Positions 12,171 to 26,280 are shown, numbered from the stretch's first letter. The stretch is DNA of 64,000 nt from Eledone cirrhosa (GCA_964016885.1 OZ024741.1:358112001-358176000), one strand, 5' to 3'. Translations and numbers: made by a program. The notes: generated from the letters alone by a model not told the origin.

Positions 12171-13912
12171 TATTGTTATGCTTTGGGAGGGTCATGTTGC
12201 CAATAAGAAACACACGCACCAGTTGCTTTCACTCCAATTTATTATAAATTAAATTTATAAATTTAAGAATTTATAAATTTCCGGTTGGTTGGTTGGTTCC
12301 ATAACCGGACGGCTGTTCATATATTACCAAAGTTCTTTCGTCACACATTCTGTGACCTCTTCTGTGACTGGGGATTCTTTTCTTTGTTTTTGTGCCTCTC
12401 ATTTGTTCTATCCTACGCCATCTTGTTTTTGTGTGTGTTGCCTGCTTAGTTTGCGCATGTGTTACATCCGGGTGTCTATGTGTGTTTATATTCGTTTATT
12501 TACATGTTACTGGTTGGTTGTTTGTTCTATGTGTGTGTGTGTTTTCATTTTGTCCTTAATTGTAAGTTGCTATTCCATTCATGTTTTCTATTTAATTTTG
12601 GTTGGAGGATTTGTTTTTTGTTATTAATGGTTTCTAACCAGAGCTCTGTGTCTAGTACAGGTAATCCTCCATTCCCATTATGCCAAACCCATGACTTCCA
12701 AATATTTGATCCACCGAAACTCAGCTGTTTCGGATCACGCCAAAATCAACATACTGATTGCGGATTTGGTACGGGTCCCGCATGTGCAACCCCAAAGAAC
12801 TAGAGAGACACATACAACACTTCATCCACCATATGCAGTTCTCTGGTTAAAATCAGAGTATAAAGAGGAGCCAGAACCAAATGGGGAAAAATGGTAAATA
12901 ATGATACAAATGGGACCTGCCCCTTGTATAGGAGCAAATTTTGGAATAGAATAGAAAGAACTAGGAATAAGTTTAATAGAATAAACTCATTGTATGATAG
13001 CAATAAATACCAGAGTGTAATGTTCATCAATACAACCCCTAGAGGTGAATTAGCTTACAAATTTAGAAGGGCCCTAGATATACATAAACTTAATATTAAG
13101 ATAGTAGAAAGACCAGGTACCTCCATAAAAACACATATTAGCAATACATACCCTTTTCAAAGACCTCCCTGTATAGATAAGAAATGTATAATCTGTAAAC
13201 TAAGCCCCCATATTAACTGTAAAACTAGAAATGTAGTATATAGCATAATATGTACTGAAGGACAATGTAAAGATCGTAGTATAGGAGAACGGTTAAATGA
13301 ACACTGGCGATAACTTCAAGATAAAAAAGAATCATCAATACTCCACCAACATGCTAAAATAGAACATAAGGGCAAATTAGAGAACATAGAAATAAAAAAT
13401 AGAATCTACACACAGAAAAGACGCAATGTTTAGACAAATCACAGAGGCAATAAACATAAATGAACTCCAACCAAAATTAAATAGAAAACATGAATGGAAT
13501 AGTAATATCACAACTTACAATTAAGAACAAAATGAAAACACACACACACATAGAACAAACAACCAGCCAGTAACATATAAACAAATAAATAAACAAATAT
13601 AAACACACATAGACACCCGGATGTAACACATGCGCAAACTAAGCAGGCAACACACACAAAAACAAGATGGCGTAGGACAGAACAAAGGAGAGGCACAAAA
13701 ACAAAGAAAAGAATCCCCAGTCACTGAAGAGGTCACAGAATGTGTGACGAAAGAACTTTGGTAATATATGAACAGCCGTCCGGTTATGGAACCAACCAAC
13801 CGGAAATTTATAAATTCTTAAATTTATAAATTTAATTTATAATAAATTGGAGTGAAAGCAACTGGTGCGTGTGTTTCTTATTGGCAACATGACCCTCCCA
13901 AAGTATAACAAT
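12171..13912 (+). mobile_element. Second copy of the 7675-9180 PLE family, with an inverted 5' pseudo-LTR
   Basis: 12171-12607 is the reverse complement of ~13466-13912. 12604-12666 is the reverse complement of the RT segment seen at 7802-7864. The forward body starts at 12663, with ORF 12891-13313. Confidence 0.92.
13720..13762 (+). ncRNA. Type-I hammerhead in pseudo-LTR; mirror copy on the minus strand at 12326-12368 has a CAGAAGA core mutation
   Basis: Same motif as 8963-9005; stem I is GTCA/TGGT with wobble pairs. Confidence 0.72.
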
Positions 13913-14047
13913 ATATAACAATATATATATATATATATATACAGTGGCGGACAAGGTCTAAAAATATTGCACTCACTAGCATTAATAAGGAAGGACCTAG
14001 CATAGTAAAAAAACTGAAAATATCTGATAGAACCGAGCCTCTTCTGG

Positions 14048-14147
<100 letters not shown>

Positions 14148-14460
14148 TACTTTGGGAGGGTCATGTTGCCAATAAGAAACACACGCACCAGCTGCTTTCA
14201 CTCCAATTTATTATAAATAAAAAAAAAAAATAAAAAAAAATTTTATTTTATGCTTTTTTCCCCGTGCAGACTTGTTGTTTTTCTAACTTTAGCTCTTCCA
14301 TCCTGTGGACAGTCCACTGATCTGTCTTGCAGAAGGAAATTTATGGTCTTATATTTTAAAATATTTGAAACATTTTTCAAATTTTCAATGCCCTAGGGAC
14401 CGCATTAGGCGATTTAGCGATCTCTTTCTCTCGCTTTTAGATATATATATATATAGTATA

Positions 14461-14531
<71 letters not shown>

Positions 14532-14748
14532 GAAAGAATCTTGCTAAACAAATTCAGAAACGATATATATATATATATATATATATAGTATTAGTTATAC
14601 TATTTATGGTTATGTAAATACAAAACCTTAAGCAGTTGTAAGTATTTTACACACACCCTAAATAGTGGTAGGCAGTAATGTATTACTACCTTATTACCAG
14701 TAAGTTAAGTAGCTCAATGTAAAAACATCAGATGATTTACAGAGCAGT

Positions 14749-15471
14749 TATATGAAATATAAGAATCAAAGAACTGTTCAAAACATTATTGTGCTTACAG
14801 CTGTTTCCTCCAAACCGAGGTTTGGATTCTTCGGAGCAATTTATTAATGCATGGACAGTTATATGACCTCCTTTTCAGCCGAGAGACATACCAATACATA
14901 TTCAAACATTGATACATATTCAAACATTGTGGGTCAACATTCATTACAGAATTTAGAGTGGCAGTGCACACTTCGAGATTACATTTATATTAATAGGTAA
15001 AATCAAAGATATAGGTTAAAGTACAACATGAAGATAAGTGGTTATATAGTGCAAATGTTATATGTGTGGCACGCATGTGCGTCTTGTTTATATAGTGTGG
15101 CAGAGAGATATGTGTGGTAGAGGCACTTAGGTAGGTAAATAAGAGTGTTAGGTTGGTAGATCATATAAAGATTTTGCCACCAGATCTACCAACCTAACAC
15201 TCTTATTTACCTACCTAAGTGCCTCTACCACACAAATTCTACCACACAAGTGCCTCTTCTACACTAAATTCTGTAATGAATGTTGACCCACAATGTTTGA
15301 ATATGTATCAATGTTTGAATATGTATTGGTATGTCTCTCGGCTGAAAAGGAGGTCATATAACTGTCCATGCATTAATAAATTGCTCCGAAGAATCCAAAC
15401 CTCGGTTTGGAGGAAACAGCTGTAAGCACAATAATGTTTTGAACAGTTCTTTGATTCTTATATTTCATATA
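14749..15471. mobile_element. Non-coding fold-back element with hammerhead-bearing arms
   Basis: Outer arms 14749-14956 and 15264-15471 are inverted copies; there is an inner inverted pair at ~15111-15162 / 15183-15234. Confidence 0.85.
15382..15428 (+). ncRNA. Type-I hammerhead with U4C core; identical mirror copy on the minus strand at 14792-14838
   Basis: TGCT-CCGAAGA-A-TCCAAAC ctcg GTTTGGA-G-GAAAC AGCT GTA^AGCA; stem III is palindromic (ACAGCTGT). Confidence 0.72.
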
Positions 15472-15529
15472 TATATATATATCGTTTCTGAATTTGTTTA
15501 GCAAGATTCTTTCCACTATATATATATAA

Positions 15530-17786
15530 CCCTACAAACATCCCTGACCCGAGTAAACTTCCTTGACGTGACCCTCAACCTCGAAAACGACCTGTACAAC
15601 CCATACAGGAAACCTAATGACAACCTGCACTACATCCACCGCCGATCAAACCATCCTAGGAACATCACCAACAACCTGGTCAAAAATATCTCCCTCCGCA
15701 TATCCCGTTTGTCAGCTAATGAGCGGATATTCGATGAACATGCGCCTTATTACAACCAGGCCCTCAAGCGGAGTGATTTCCGGGAGGAAATATCCTACTG
15801 TCCAGCTCCCATTAGCGGAACCAGCAGGAGACACCACCGCTCACGCAATGTAACATGGTTCAATCCTCCCCACAACGCAGAGGTGACAACTCCCATCGGG
15901 AAACTATTCTTTAGGCTCATTGAAAAACACTTCCCACTACAACACCGCTACCACAACATAATTAACAAAAATACCATCAAACTCTCTTACAGCACTACAC
16001 CAAACTTCGCACAAAACATCGTCTCCTCTAACAACAAAAAACTCAACTCCGATGGAAGAAATAACCTAAATAGCAGTGGAGAGCCGACCAGGAGGTGCAA
16101 CTGTCCGGATAGATCCATTTGCCCACTCGACAATAGATGCAGAGACCGTAATGTGATCTACCAGTGCAACGTGAGGACGGACACCTCCAAACAAAGCTTA
16201 TATAGGACTAACCGCATGTGATTTCAAGACCCGGCTATACCAACATAGACATACCTTCCGAAACCCGGCCCGGCGTCACGTCACTACACTTTCGGGCCAC
16301 ATATGGGGCCTCAAGGACAACAACATCACATATGATCTCACTTGGAGATTACTGTCCAGAGCCAATTCTTACACCGGAGGACGCCGTCCGTGCAATTTAT
16401 GCTCGGAGGAAACTTTACAAATGCTGTTTTCGACGGACCAACTCCTAAACAAGAAAGATGAACTGGTTACTGCATGTAAACATAGATTGCGTAGGACTTA
16501 CCTCGCCCTCAAACCCCATAATGACCCCGGGGGGGGGGGGGGTAGACAGACTAGGGCTATAACACCCCACTTGCCGATTTTACAATGGGTAACCCCTGCT
16601 TGCCAAGGGAGACGTAAGATCTTCTTTTTATTCTTTTATCGCTTCCTTTATTTCCTTCTTCCCCTATCCCTCCTTAGTCCTTCTACCCCAGTTCTTCTTT
16701 GTCGGCGTCTTTTCTCGCCCACCCGAGGCTGCCCTTTGGCCCCTTGTAGCCTCAGTACCTCCACCCCTCCCCTAGTCTATGATAGATTTGGCGGACTCCG
16801 CTTTTTTAGCAGTTGTGTTAGACCTCGGATACTTGCCCCCTTTTCCGACCGCTCCCACTATTTTCCGTGCCTTCTATATTTCTTAGTGGCACTTATGCCT
16901 TATTTTCTCGTTTCAGTATTTCTTTCTTCTCTTTTCTTTTGGGCGGGGTGGATTCTGAATTTATTTTTCCGTTTTCTACCTTTAATTCGTACGAACTTTC
17001 ATGTAGCTTGTATAAGATCTTTTGTAGCGCGGTGGTACCTTTAGAGTTAGCATTAGTATATATTTTTTTCGGGACTCAGAATTATTATCTCGTACTAGTT
17101 TACTTTGCTGCACTGGGTGGTTGCTGGCCTTGTGCCCGGGATAGAAACCTTTATTATTTATTTCGTGGTAGTTTCTTTAGTATTTTGGCCCCATTTGTTG
17201 ACCCGTCACCGTATGATTTACGTACTTATACCTCTTAAAAGGGTCATTGCCTATTCCGTCCCACCTAGTTTATTTACTTATTTCGTTATTTCTTTATTTA
17301 TTTATTTATTTCTTTATTTATTTATCTAGCCTAACAATAGCTAGAGACTTAGGTCGTAGAACTTGCTTTTATACTCTTTTTTCTTTACACTTATTCGCTT
17401 TTCATCACTCTCAGTATTTTTTCTTTCATATATATATTTTTACCCCTCATTGTTCTACCTACCGTTTCGACTTCCTCCCCCTCCCCAGTATCTTCTTTGA
17501 CCTCATGCCCAGCTGTAGATAGCACTACCAACGCATGATTGGGTCTACTCCACCCACTCCCCTTTTTCTCCTACTGGCAGGTTTAGCCACCATCTCCCCT
17601 ACTAATTTGCAATCACAGAATTACTACTGACTTTTGACAATCACTTTGACCATATATGGAATTACCCCTTGAGAAGCTCGGCTATTTGAATACCAGGATA
17701 AATTTTCATTTAGTCCAGAATTAGCCGTCGAAACGGCTTGAGCACAGCCGTCGGGGTCTTACTGGTTCCTTACCACATTTCCTTCG

Positions 17787-17790
<4 letters not shown>
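15530..17790 (+). mobile_element. Penelope-like element of the WFNPP type (possibly Naiad clade), 5'-truncated, one frameshift near 16195
   Basis: VNFLDVTL..YRKPND..SNHP..TWFNPP..CNC..CPL..C..VIYQC, then YIGLT..FKTRL..H..CNLC..E..LLNKKDEL..CKH; long pyrimidine-rich 3' region ending in (TA)n. Confidence 0.9.
17664..17757 (+). ncRNA. Type-I hammerhead with U3-A8 core
   Basis: ACCCC-TTGAGAA-G..CGGCTA...TAGCCG.C-GAAACGGCT tgagcac AGCCGTC^GGGGT. Confidence 0.75.
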
Positions 17791-17826
<36 letters not shown>

Positions 17827-17882
17827 TTTCTGAATTTGTTTAGCAAGACTCTTTCCACTATATCTATATATCTATATATCTA

Positions 17883-17917
<35 letters not shown>

Positions 17918-17958
17918 AAAAGAGAGAGAAAGAGATCGCTAAATCAAAGGTCATTATT

Positions 17959-18147
17959 GTGGATTGGCAGTATTGGTAGAGGGTCGGGCGCCATGCTTTG
18001 AAGCATAGAGTTACCTCCCTTTATGATCTGAGTTCAAATCCCGCCGAGGTTAACTTTGCCTTTCATCCTTACGGGGTCGATAAAATAAAGTACCAGTAAT
18101 GCACTGGGATAATTGCTGGCCTTGTGCCAAAAGCAGAAACAATTATT
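17959..18147 (+). mobile_element. SINE family A inserted into the TIR element
   Basis: Absent from the paralog at ~11836; flanked by ATTATTG on both sides. Confidence 0.88.
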
Positions 18148-18615
18148 GAAAGTCTCTGGATTTCGCAAAATACATAATTTTTATTGGAGAAGGTAAGATA
18201 TTTTCCCACAAAAATTTGATTGTGCTGTTTTGTTTCCACTTATGTATTTTTAGAAAATGTTATCTATATTACTAAAACAGAGAATGTCTGTTTGTCTGTC
18301 TGTCTATCTGTACAATCACTAAAACTCGAGAACCACCCAACCGATTGTTTTCAAACTTTACACATGTAATACTTATGGTTCTATTGAGTGTTCCGAGCAA
18401 ACAATTTTTTCAAATTTTCAATGTCCTAGGGACCGCATTAGGCGATTTAGCGATCTCTTTCTCTCTCTCTTAGTCTTTCTCTTTTTAGATAGATACATAG
18501 ATATTACGTTGCGCCATTATACTATCTGTCCGTATGTCTGGCTGTCTGCATTACGTCATTATGACATGGTGTGTGTGTGTGTATATGTATATATAGTGTG
18601 TGTATATATGTATAT

Positions 18616-18652
<37 letters not shown>

Positions 18653-18653
<1 letters not shown>

Positions 18654-19609
18654 CTAGACATGAAAAATGCGCAAGCTCAAAAGTGCCACAGAATGTTATA
18701 ATAAACCTTCAAAAGTGTGGGACTAGAGTTGTTGCTAAAAAATATTGTAATCATTATATATCGTACATTCTGTGGCATCCTTTATAAAAATAGCTTAAAC
18801 CAACGAAGCCTTTATTTTTACGCTATTTCACTTAGTTAATTCTTAGAGTGTAACATATAAAAATATGATTTACAACTATAAAATAAATTAATTAATATAA
18901 TAACAGAGCTGCGGAGCTGAAATTTAGGAAATAATGGAGTATCGGATCCTGAGTTGGAGCCAGTCAATTTTTGGCCGACTCCGCAGCCCTGTATAATACA
19001 TTTCATATTAAAGTTATTAATAAACCTATTTTACACTTCATGCAAATTACCACGAGATATTGATATTAGATATAAGATACAGCGCAATATCTACAGCTGT
19101 AAAAGTACGAAAGCGAAGTAATAATAAGTGGCTTAAGGTAATTCCAATATGAAAGTTTGTAGTGATAAAAATTTGATAATGCAATACGATTGTTAATATT
19201 ATAGTTCTATGAAAATGTAACAATAGATAACTAAATTAGTTTACTATTAGTATATTTAAGAAATTATCATTATAGATTTGATCGTTCATATAAGCATCAT
19301 ATTAAGTTTCAACACAATTATTTTGTTACTATGAGTATATGATAATAATATTACGTAATTATTTATAGCTGTTATTACATTAAACATAGATGTATTTATT
19401 TTTATATGTTACACTCTAAGAATTAACTAAGTGAAATAGCGTAAAAATAAAGGCTTCGTTGGTTTAAGCTATTTTTATAAAGGATGCCACAGAATGTACG
19501 ATATATAATGATTACAATATTTTTTAGCAACAACTCTAGTCCCACACTTTTGAAGGTTTATTATAACATTCTGTGGCACTTTTGAGCTTGCGCATTTTTC
19601 ATGTCTAGT
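18653..19609. repeat. Fold-back with 213-bp inverted arms (18653-18865 / 19397-19609)
   Basis: The arms read as exact reverse complements; each holds an internal TGCCACAGAATGT/ACATTCTGTGGCA hairpin. Confidence 0.88.
18904..18991. mobile_element. 88-bp hAT-type MITE
   Basis: TIRs CAGAGCTGCGGAG / CTCCGCAGCCCTG; 8-bp TSD TATAATAA/TATAATAC. Confidence 0.7.
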
Positions 19610-20832
19610 TTAATATTTTTTTAAGGCAACGCTTGTAATAACTCTAGTTAAACAGGATATATATTAATAATAAATTATCGTTGTAATGTAATTAGATTAT
19701 GTAATTGTTATTATAAATTATCTTATAAATATTAGTGTAAGATGTATAAAAATATTTTCAGACTTTTAATATAAACAACTACAAAAAACAATCAATATTA
19801 AATCAATATATTATACATAATAGAAAACATAAAATATACAATAAAAAAACAAAATATTTACATACAATTGCAATTATCAGTGTATATACATTTTCTTTAT
19901 ATTCCCTGAGCAAATTAATAAGATTTGTTTTTATTGTACATAATTTGATGACTTGTTGGAGTGTATTAAAAGATAGCAACAATTTGTGATTAAATTGTTA
20001 TCTTAAGCAACTCACTTTTTAATAGTTGTTGGCTGAGCGAAATTGTAAAAGCCTATGAGCAAATATAAACAAAAATACACAAACAACATTTCCTTGTGTT
20101 ATTACAACATTAGATAAAATAATTGAGCAATGTCGTTATATTTTGCTCTTATTGCACATTAATAGTGTTTCTATTTTTCGGCACAAATCCATTACGGCAG
20201 TCCATTACTGGTACTTTATTTTATCGAATTAGTAAGTATGAAAGTCGAAGTTAACCTCGGCAGGATTTGAACTTAGAATGCAAAGGACCATAACAATACT
20301 GCAAAGCATGGTGTCTGACGCTCTACCAATACTTGTGTTGAGCTGGTCATTAATTTATGGTGGTCGTGCGTGGAGTAGAGCAATCGCTAGTTGAAATATT
20401 ATGAACAAAACATTTTTATTTGCCGAAGAACATATTTTCGATACTGTTTGTGAATGTGACGAAGGAAATACATTCTGATATGGAACAGTGTACAAAGTGT
20501 GTCTGTGAATAACATAATGTTACCTCATGTTGTTGTCAAGACATAATGGATTTCGTATATCCAGTTAGAAGATGAAACCTAGCCATCTCGGATTAGTTAT
20601 ATTTCATGCCATGTGTAAACGTGTTTGAGGATAGCAAAATATGCGTGTTTCTTGTCTGGAAACTTTCTGCTAAACTGATTGGTTTCAGTATATATTTAAT
20701 ATAATATTAATATATTTTGTAATATTATTAACTAATTATTATAATTAGCGCTTCAGGCTTTGTCTATATACTGAAACAAATTTGTAAGTCATTACCTAAT
20801 TAAACTCTTTGCTTGAAATGTTATCATTCTTC

Positions 20833-20915
<83 letters not shown>

Positions 20916-22807
20916 GAGAGAGATTTATCTAGTCCTTCGCTCAAGATTAATCTATAAGTTTAGATGTCTGCCTTCGTTTAAGTAAATATTACAGTAAGAT
21001 TTTTAATATAAACAACTACAAAAAACAATTAATATTAAAACGAAAAAATTATCAATGATAAAAGAAGCGGATGCAACTTTTTTTTTTATAAAGTTATATT
21101 CCTGTTTCTTTAAAGAACATTTCATTTTTGTTCTATTGTAGGCGAAATAATGCAATGGTTTAATAGGGAAGATATAACTTACGAATTATGTCTCTAACCG
21201 TGTAACGCTTTTTAAGTAGATAACTACAATTGAAAATACTAAAGAAATGGAACCAACAATTCAATTTGAAAGTCGTCTAGTGACAGTGTATTACTGGTAC
21301 TTTATTTTATCGACCCCGTAACGATGAAAGGCAAAAATGCAAATGCTTAAAATTTAAATTGCCTTAATTCTATCGTCTGCTGTTTCATTAAAGGGAGATT
21401 CTCGTCTGTATTTAATTCTATCGTCTACTGTTCCACTAAACAGATATACCTCCACTATCGTCTCTATTTATACATTTTAACTTATAACTTATACACATTT
21501 GATTTGAAATATTTTATCTAGTCCCCCCTCTCAATATTATGATGATTTCTTTCGAATGAAACAGTTCTAGTCCTGTAGAAGCCATTTATATATATAATTG
21601 AACTGAGTTAAAAATTCACAATATTTATAATTAAATAAGCTCATATATATATGTGTGTATTTATCTGTTTATTGTATTATATATAATGTGTGTATATACA
21701 GGATGTCCCCCAAAAATATATACACACTTCAACAGCATTCTAATAACTATTGCCTGTACAGGTAATCAAAGTGTCAATCGAATGTTAGTTTCGTGTTTTA
21801 ACAGTACAAATTTACAATACACACATAAAACCAGTGTATATACATACATGAGTGTGTATACACATACATGAATGTGTATATACAATATATATGTATATAT
21901 ATATATATAGACACATATATTCACGGTGCAACGGTACATTAAAATATAGATGCGGGAGAGGGGGGGGGTGTATATATATAGGGGCGCTGGGGATAAAGGA
22001 GTGTAAAGCGTGTGTAATTGATATATTGAAGGAGAGGAGCGTGCAGCGATAGAGTAACAAATATATAGAGAGGGGGAGAGATGGTATTGAAGGGGAGGAG
22101 TGCAAAGCGAAAGAGTAAGAGATATAAATAGAGACGGAACAGATAGAGAGAAACAGGCGTAAGTAACAGTGGAAGAGATATAGAGAGAGGTACTCTGATT
22201 GGTTGAAAATTAGCCAATGACATACGATCACCACCACCACGGCTATCCCCGAAAAATTTTTAGAGAAGCTAGGCATATATGTTAGAACACGAAAAGTGAA
22301 CATTCTGTTGGTTCACACTTTTCGTGTTCTAACAGATAGTGTGTAACGTTTTTCGAAATATTTACTTCTGCGTTCGCAGATATTTTTTGCATACCCATAT
22401 AAACAAAAGTATTTATTTCGCGATAAAGTATTGATTTTCTTCGAATGGAAAAAAACCCTGGTAATGTACGACGAACTTTTTTTATAAGCACAAAATGTAG
22501 ACACCAACCCGAAGCCGAGGTATTTCGTACTTCTCTGTATTGTTATTTATATATTCGTGTACAGATATTTTTGCATACAAAATAACAAAATATAAACAAA
22601 CGTATTTATTTCACGAGGCTCGATAAGGATAAATATATATCAAATATATAAGAACCCTAGAGCAAATCCAGAGCAACGCCGAGCCATTCTGCTAGTTCAT
22701 TATAAAATTAAATGATAGCATTCTATAAGTAGATGGGACCCTTCATCTGGCAACCAATATTTTTAGACCAAGTCCGCCACTGTATATATATATATATATA
22801 TTATATA

Positions 22808-22840
<33 letters not shown>

Positions 22841-23536
22841 AAACTCAGTAAATAGAGATGAACACGGATATATAACTATATGCGTTCAAATCACAGGGGA
22901 CAGAAACCGCCAGGGCGAAGAAAATACTCTCTACAATAGTATGATTCACAGAACTCAATTAAAAGGATAAATCGAGATATACAAACCTACTATGACAACT
23001 ATCACGTACCCAGACAGCTTACGGGTAGAACTGTTTCGCAAATCAATGAAGAGAAATACGGGTCCGATGCTTTTCATCGGAGGTTATTACGAGGCCGTGA
23101 GGGGGACGGTGGCCTTAAAAGTTTGAGAACCTCTGACTGAAATGAATAAAAGAATAAATAACTTATTTCGACTTGGAAAAGATACTACGAGTTATAATGA
23201 AAAATTTGTGCAATAAATAATTAAAATATGTCGTTGTCGTGCTGCATATATTTTTTCTCTTTATTTTTAACTTGGCTTCGAAAAAAATGTTGAAATAAAT
23301 ACAAGTCCTGAGTCAATCAGGACGAAGAAAGGATCAAGTTACCGAATCCTTGGAGAGCGAACTTCCAAATTACACAACAAGAAAAATATATGGGAAAAAG
23401 AAACAAACGAAAATGTTTTGAACATGTTGGCATGTGGTTTATTTATTGACTAGTTATAGATATCCTCTGAGCATTCATTTATAGAAAACACAGGATTTCA
23501 ATTTATTAATCAAACTGGAGTTGATTTTAGTCACGG

Positions 23537-23830
23537 CCACCACCATCACCATCACCATCACCATCCACCACAAGCAACACTACCAATATGCCACCATCAC
23601 CGCTACCACCATCCACCACAAGCAACACTACCAATATGCCACCATCACCGCTACCACCATCCACCACAAGCAACACTACCACTATGCCACCACTACCACC
23701 ACCACCACCACCACCGCCACCAGCATCCACCACAAGCAAGACTACCATTATGCCACCACCACCACCACTACCACCACCACCACCACCACCGCCACTACCA
23801 CCATCATCCACCATAAGCAACACTACCACA
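23537..23830. repeat. ACC-rich minisatellite, ~48-bp core unit with variable (ACC)n
   Basis: Repeated ATCCACCACAAGCAACACTACCAATATGCCACC. Confidence 0.9.
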
Positions 23831-23904
23831 ATGTGGTCAATTATATGAAAACAAGCCCATTAATAATTATTCGAACTGCATATTAATAAATGGCAAAAAG
23901 GTCT

Positions 23905-24360
23905 ACAACAAGAAGTTGATTGTTGAGGAATTCAACAAATTTTTACCAATGTTGGTCCAAATCTCGCGTCAAAAATACCAAGAGCCAATAAAAATTTCCT
24001 TGAGCTTTTAAAAAAGACCAACCATTCATTCAAAATAAATCAAGTAGCGGATGAGGACTTGAAGAACGCACTCACTCGTCTGAAAACTAACAAAGCACCT
24101 GGATATGACTCATTGAGCACAAAGATTGTTAAAATTGCATATGAATCAATAAAGTCCCATTACCACATCTCTTCATTTGCATCTGGTATATTTCTGGATA
24201 AATAAAAATAGTAAAAGTTATGCTGCTTTTTAAATCAGGAACAAAGACAGAAGTTGGTAATTACTGACCAATATCACTTTTACTAGTTTTTTTCCAAATT
24301 GCCGGAGAGACTCGTGCATATTCTTTCAGAATAATAGTCTTTTTATTCTAAACAGTTTGT
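23905..24360 (+). mobile_element. Degraded CR1/L2-group LINE fragment
   Basis: FNKFFTNVGPNLASKIP..LKTNKAPGYDSLS..KVMLLFKSG..NY*PISLL. Confidence 0.75.
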
Positions 24361-25349
24361 AAATAAAATAAAACATAATTTTGCATAAAGTGCTCCTTTT
24401 ACAGGCTGCCATGAAAAGGATGATAGTTTATGTTTTTACTTTAATACTTCTCGATTGCGCATTCTCAAGAATGAACCATTTCATTCCATCCGTAAGAACT
24501 TTCATTTCCTTCTTTGTAAATAGTGCATCATACTTTTTTCCTTTTTTATATTTCAAATTTATACACTGCTAGTGAAATAAAAAAAGAAAAATGAAACCTT
24601 TTACTAACTCAGGTGGAGCATCATTGTCAAAACCTTACCCTACACTAGAGGCAGTACGCAATACAATGGGGCGGCAGTTCATATATTGTTTTCCAATGGT
24701 AATTTGATCAATAAGAAATCCAAGCAAGTTTTTACCAATTGTAAAAACTTGCTAACAACCCCTACTTCAGACGTTTACTAAATTTCGGAGACTAAAAGGC
24801 CGGCAACCAATTAACAACCAGCAGCAGGAGCAGACCAATAGTATTGTGATCCCCATATATATAATTGGCTAATTGAGAAATCGGAAATGAGTAAAATAGC
24901 TGTCAAGTTAAGCCCATCCTGAGAGGAGCAACCACCAATAAGGCTGTTTGAGTCAGAAGTCATTTATTGTAGACAAAAGGCGTATTAAATAGCAGAAGCA
25001 TAAATGTAACGGATGAAGTCGCAGTCATGTGGCTGTGTGTTTTATCAGACATGCATTACAGCTTTCCGATTTCTCTATTAGCCACAGTGGCTTGGGCATT
25101 GAATACAATAAGAGGTATTTAGGATGTTTCATTATGTAGTGAGAAAGGATGGGGTGGGGGTGGGGTGGGGGGGTGACACCTATGTGATTATGTGACAAAT
25201 ATGATAATTGAATGGTGGTGGGGCGATTACATATTCAGTGATTCGGCCGACTATTTCGACGTCAGTACTTATTTTTCAAGCCCGTTACTTATTTTAAGGA
25301 GCATAAGCAGTAAACACACACACACACACACATTTATATATACACACAA

Positions 25350-25490
25350 CAATTTCCGTCTACCAAATTTCACTCCCAAGATTCGGTCAACCCGAGGCTA
25401 TAGTAAAAGACACTCGCCTAACGTGTCATAGAGTGGGGCTGAACTCCAAGCCTCGTTGTTGCGAAGCGAATTCCTTAGCCATATAGCCAT
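25350..25490 (-). mobile_element. SINE family B; other copies or fragments at ~7490-7550(+), 29330-29440(+), 48260-48390(-), 56105-56200(-)
   Basis: Shared ..CTATAGCCTCGGGTTGACC..GAGTGAAATTTGGTAGACGGAAA.. body and tRNA-like head. Confidence 0.75.
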
Positions 25491-26195
25491 ACCTATCCAT
25501 TTTCGTAAAATATTTTCGTTTAGTAATATTGTTTTAACCTTCCTGATTTTCTTCTTGCGGGGGTTCTTGGAAAAGATTACTTCTAACCTCACTACTTGCA
25601 CATCTAACACATTCAGCCGATCATTTGGTGGTGTTGCTGTTTTTATTTACCAAAAAAAGCAATTTCATTAAACGACTGTAAAAGCAACGTTCCTCTATAT
25701 CAGTGGATTACATATGGGCAATGTTTGGCACATTCCAGAGATTAAATTTGTTAATTGTCTACGTCCTTACCCCATTTTTGGTAGATCATTGATATTTGAA
25801 AATTATGTATTGTACACAAAACGAGTACTTAAAACAGCTGTATCTATTATATTATTGAAATATTCCGAATTGTTTGAGCGTCGGATAAATGCTTTGCGGT
25901 ATATGTCACAGTTCTTCAACATTCCGAGTTTAAGTTCCGCTGATGTTAACTTTACTTTTCATCCTTCCGGCGTCAATAAAACAAAGTACCAGTGAAGTGT
26001 ATGGAGGCGAATTGGCGTCATAAGGATTAGAGTCATTAGGGCGTCGGTTTAAAAATGCCTCGGTGTTTGCTCCGGCTCACTGAGATCTGAAATCAAATCT
26101 TCCACGAGATCAACTTCACCTTCCAGCCTTTCGAAGTCGATAAATAAAGAACCAGTCTAATACAGGGGTCGATTCTTTCTCTCTTTCTTTGGAAG

Positions 26196-26280
<85 letters not shown>

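Larger units (their letters stand above)
18263..22695 (+). mobile_element. Non-autonomous Helitron carrying nested inserts
   Basis: Starts A|TCTATATTACTAAAAC and ends GCAACGCCGAGCCATTCTGCTAG|T. The flanks are nearly contiguous in the paralog at ~11950-11965. The 5' region matches the Helitron at 46823-47370. Confidence 0.72.

Noticed and set aside
16421-17522. Hydrophobic ORFs suggesting a membrane protein
   Set aside because: The N-terminal part is the PLE endonuclease tail; the rest is T/C-rich 3' UTR read-through after a poly-G run.
23537-23830. Repeat-spacer appearance (CRISPR-like) or Pro/Thr-rich protein
   Set aside because: The spacers are (ACC)n length variants of one unit; there are no cas genes and the context is eukaryotic.
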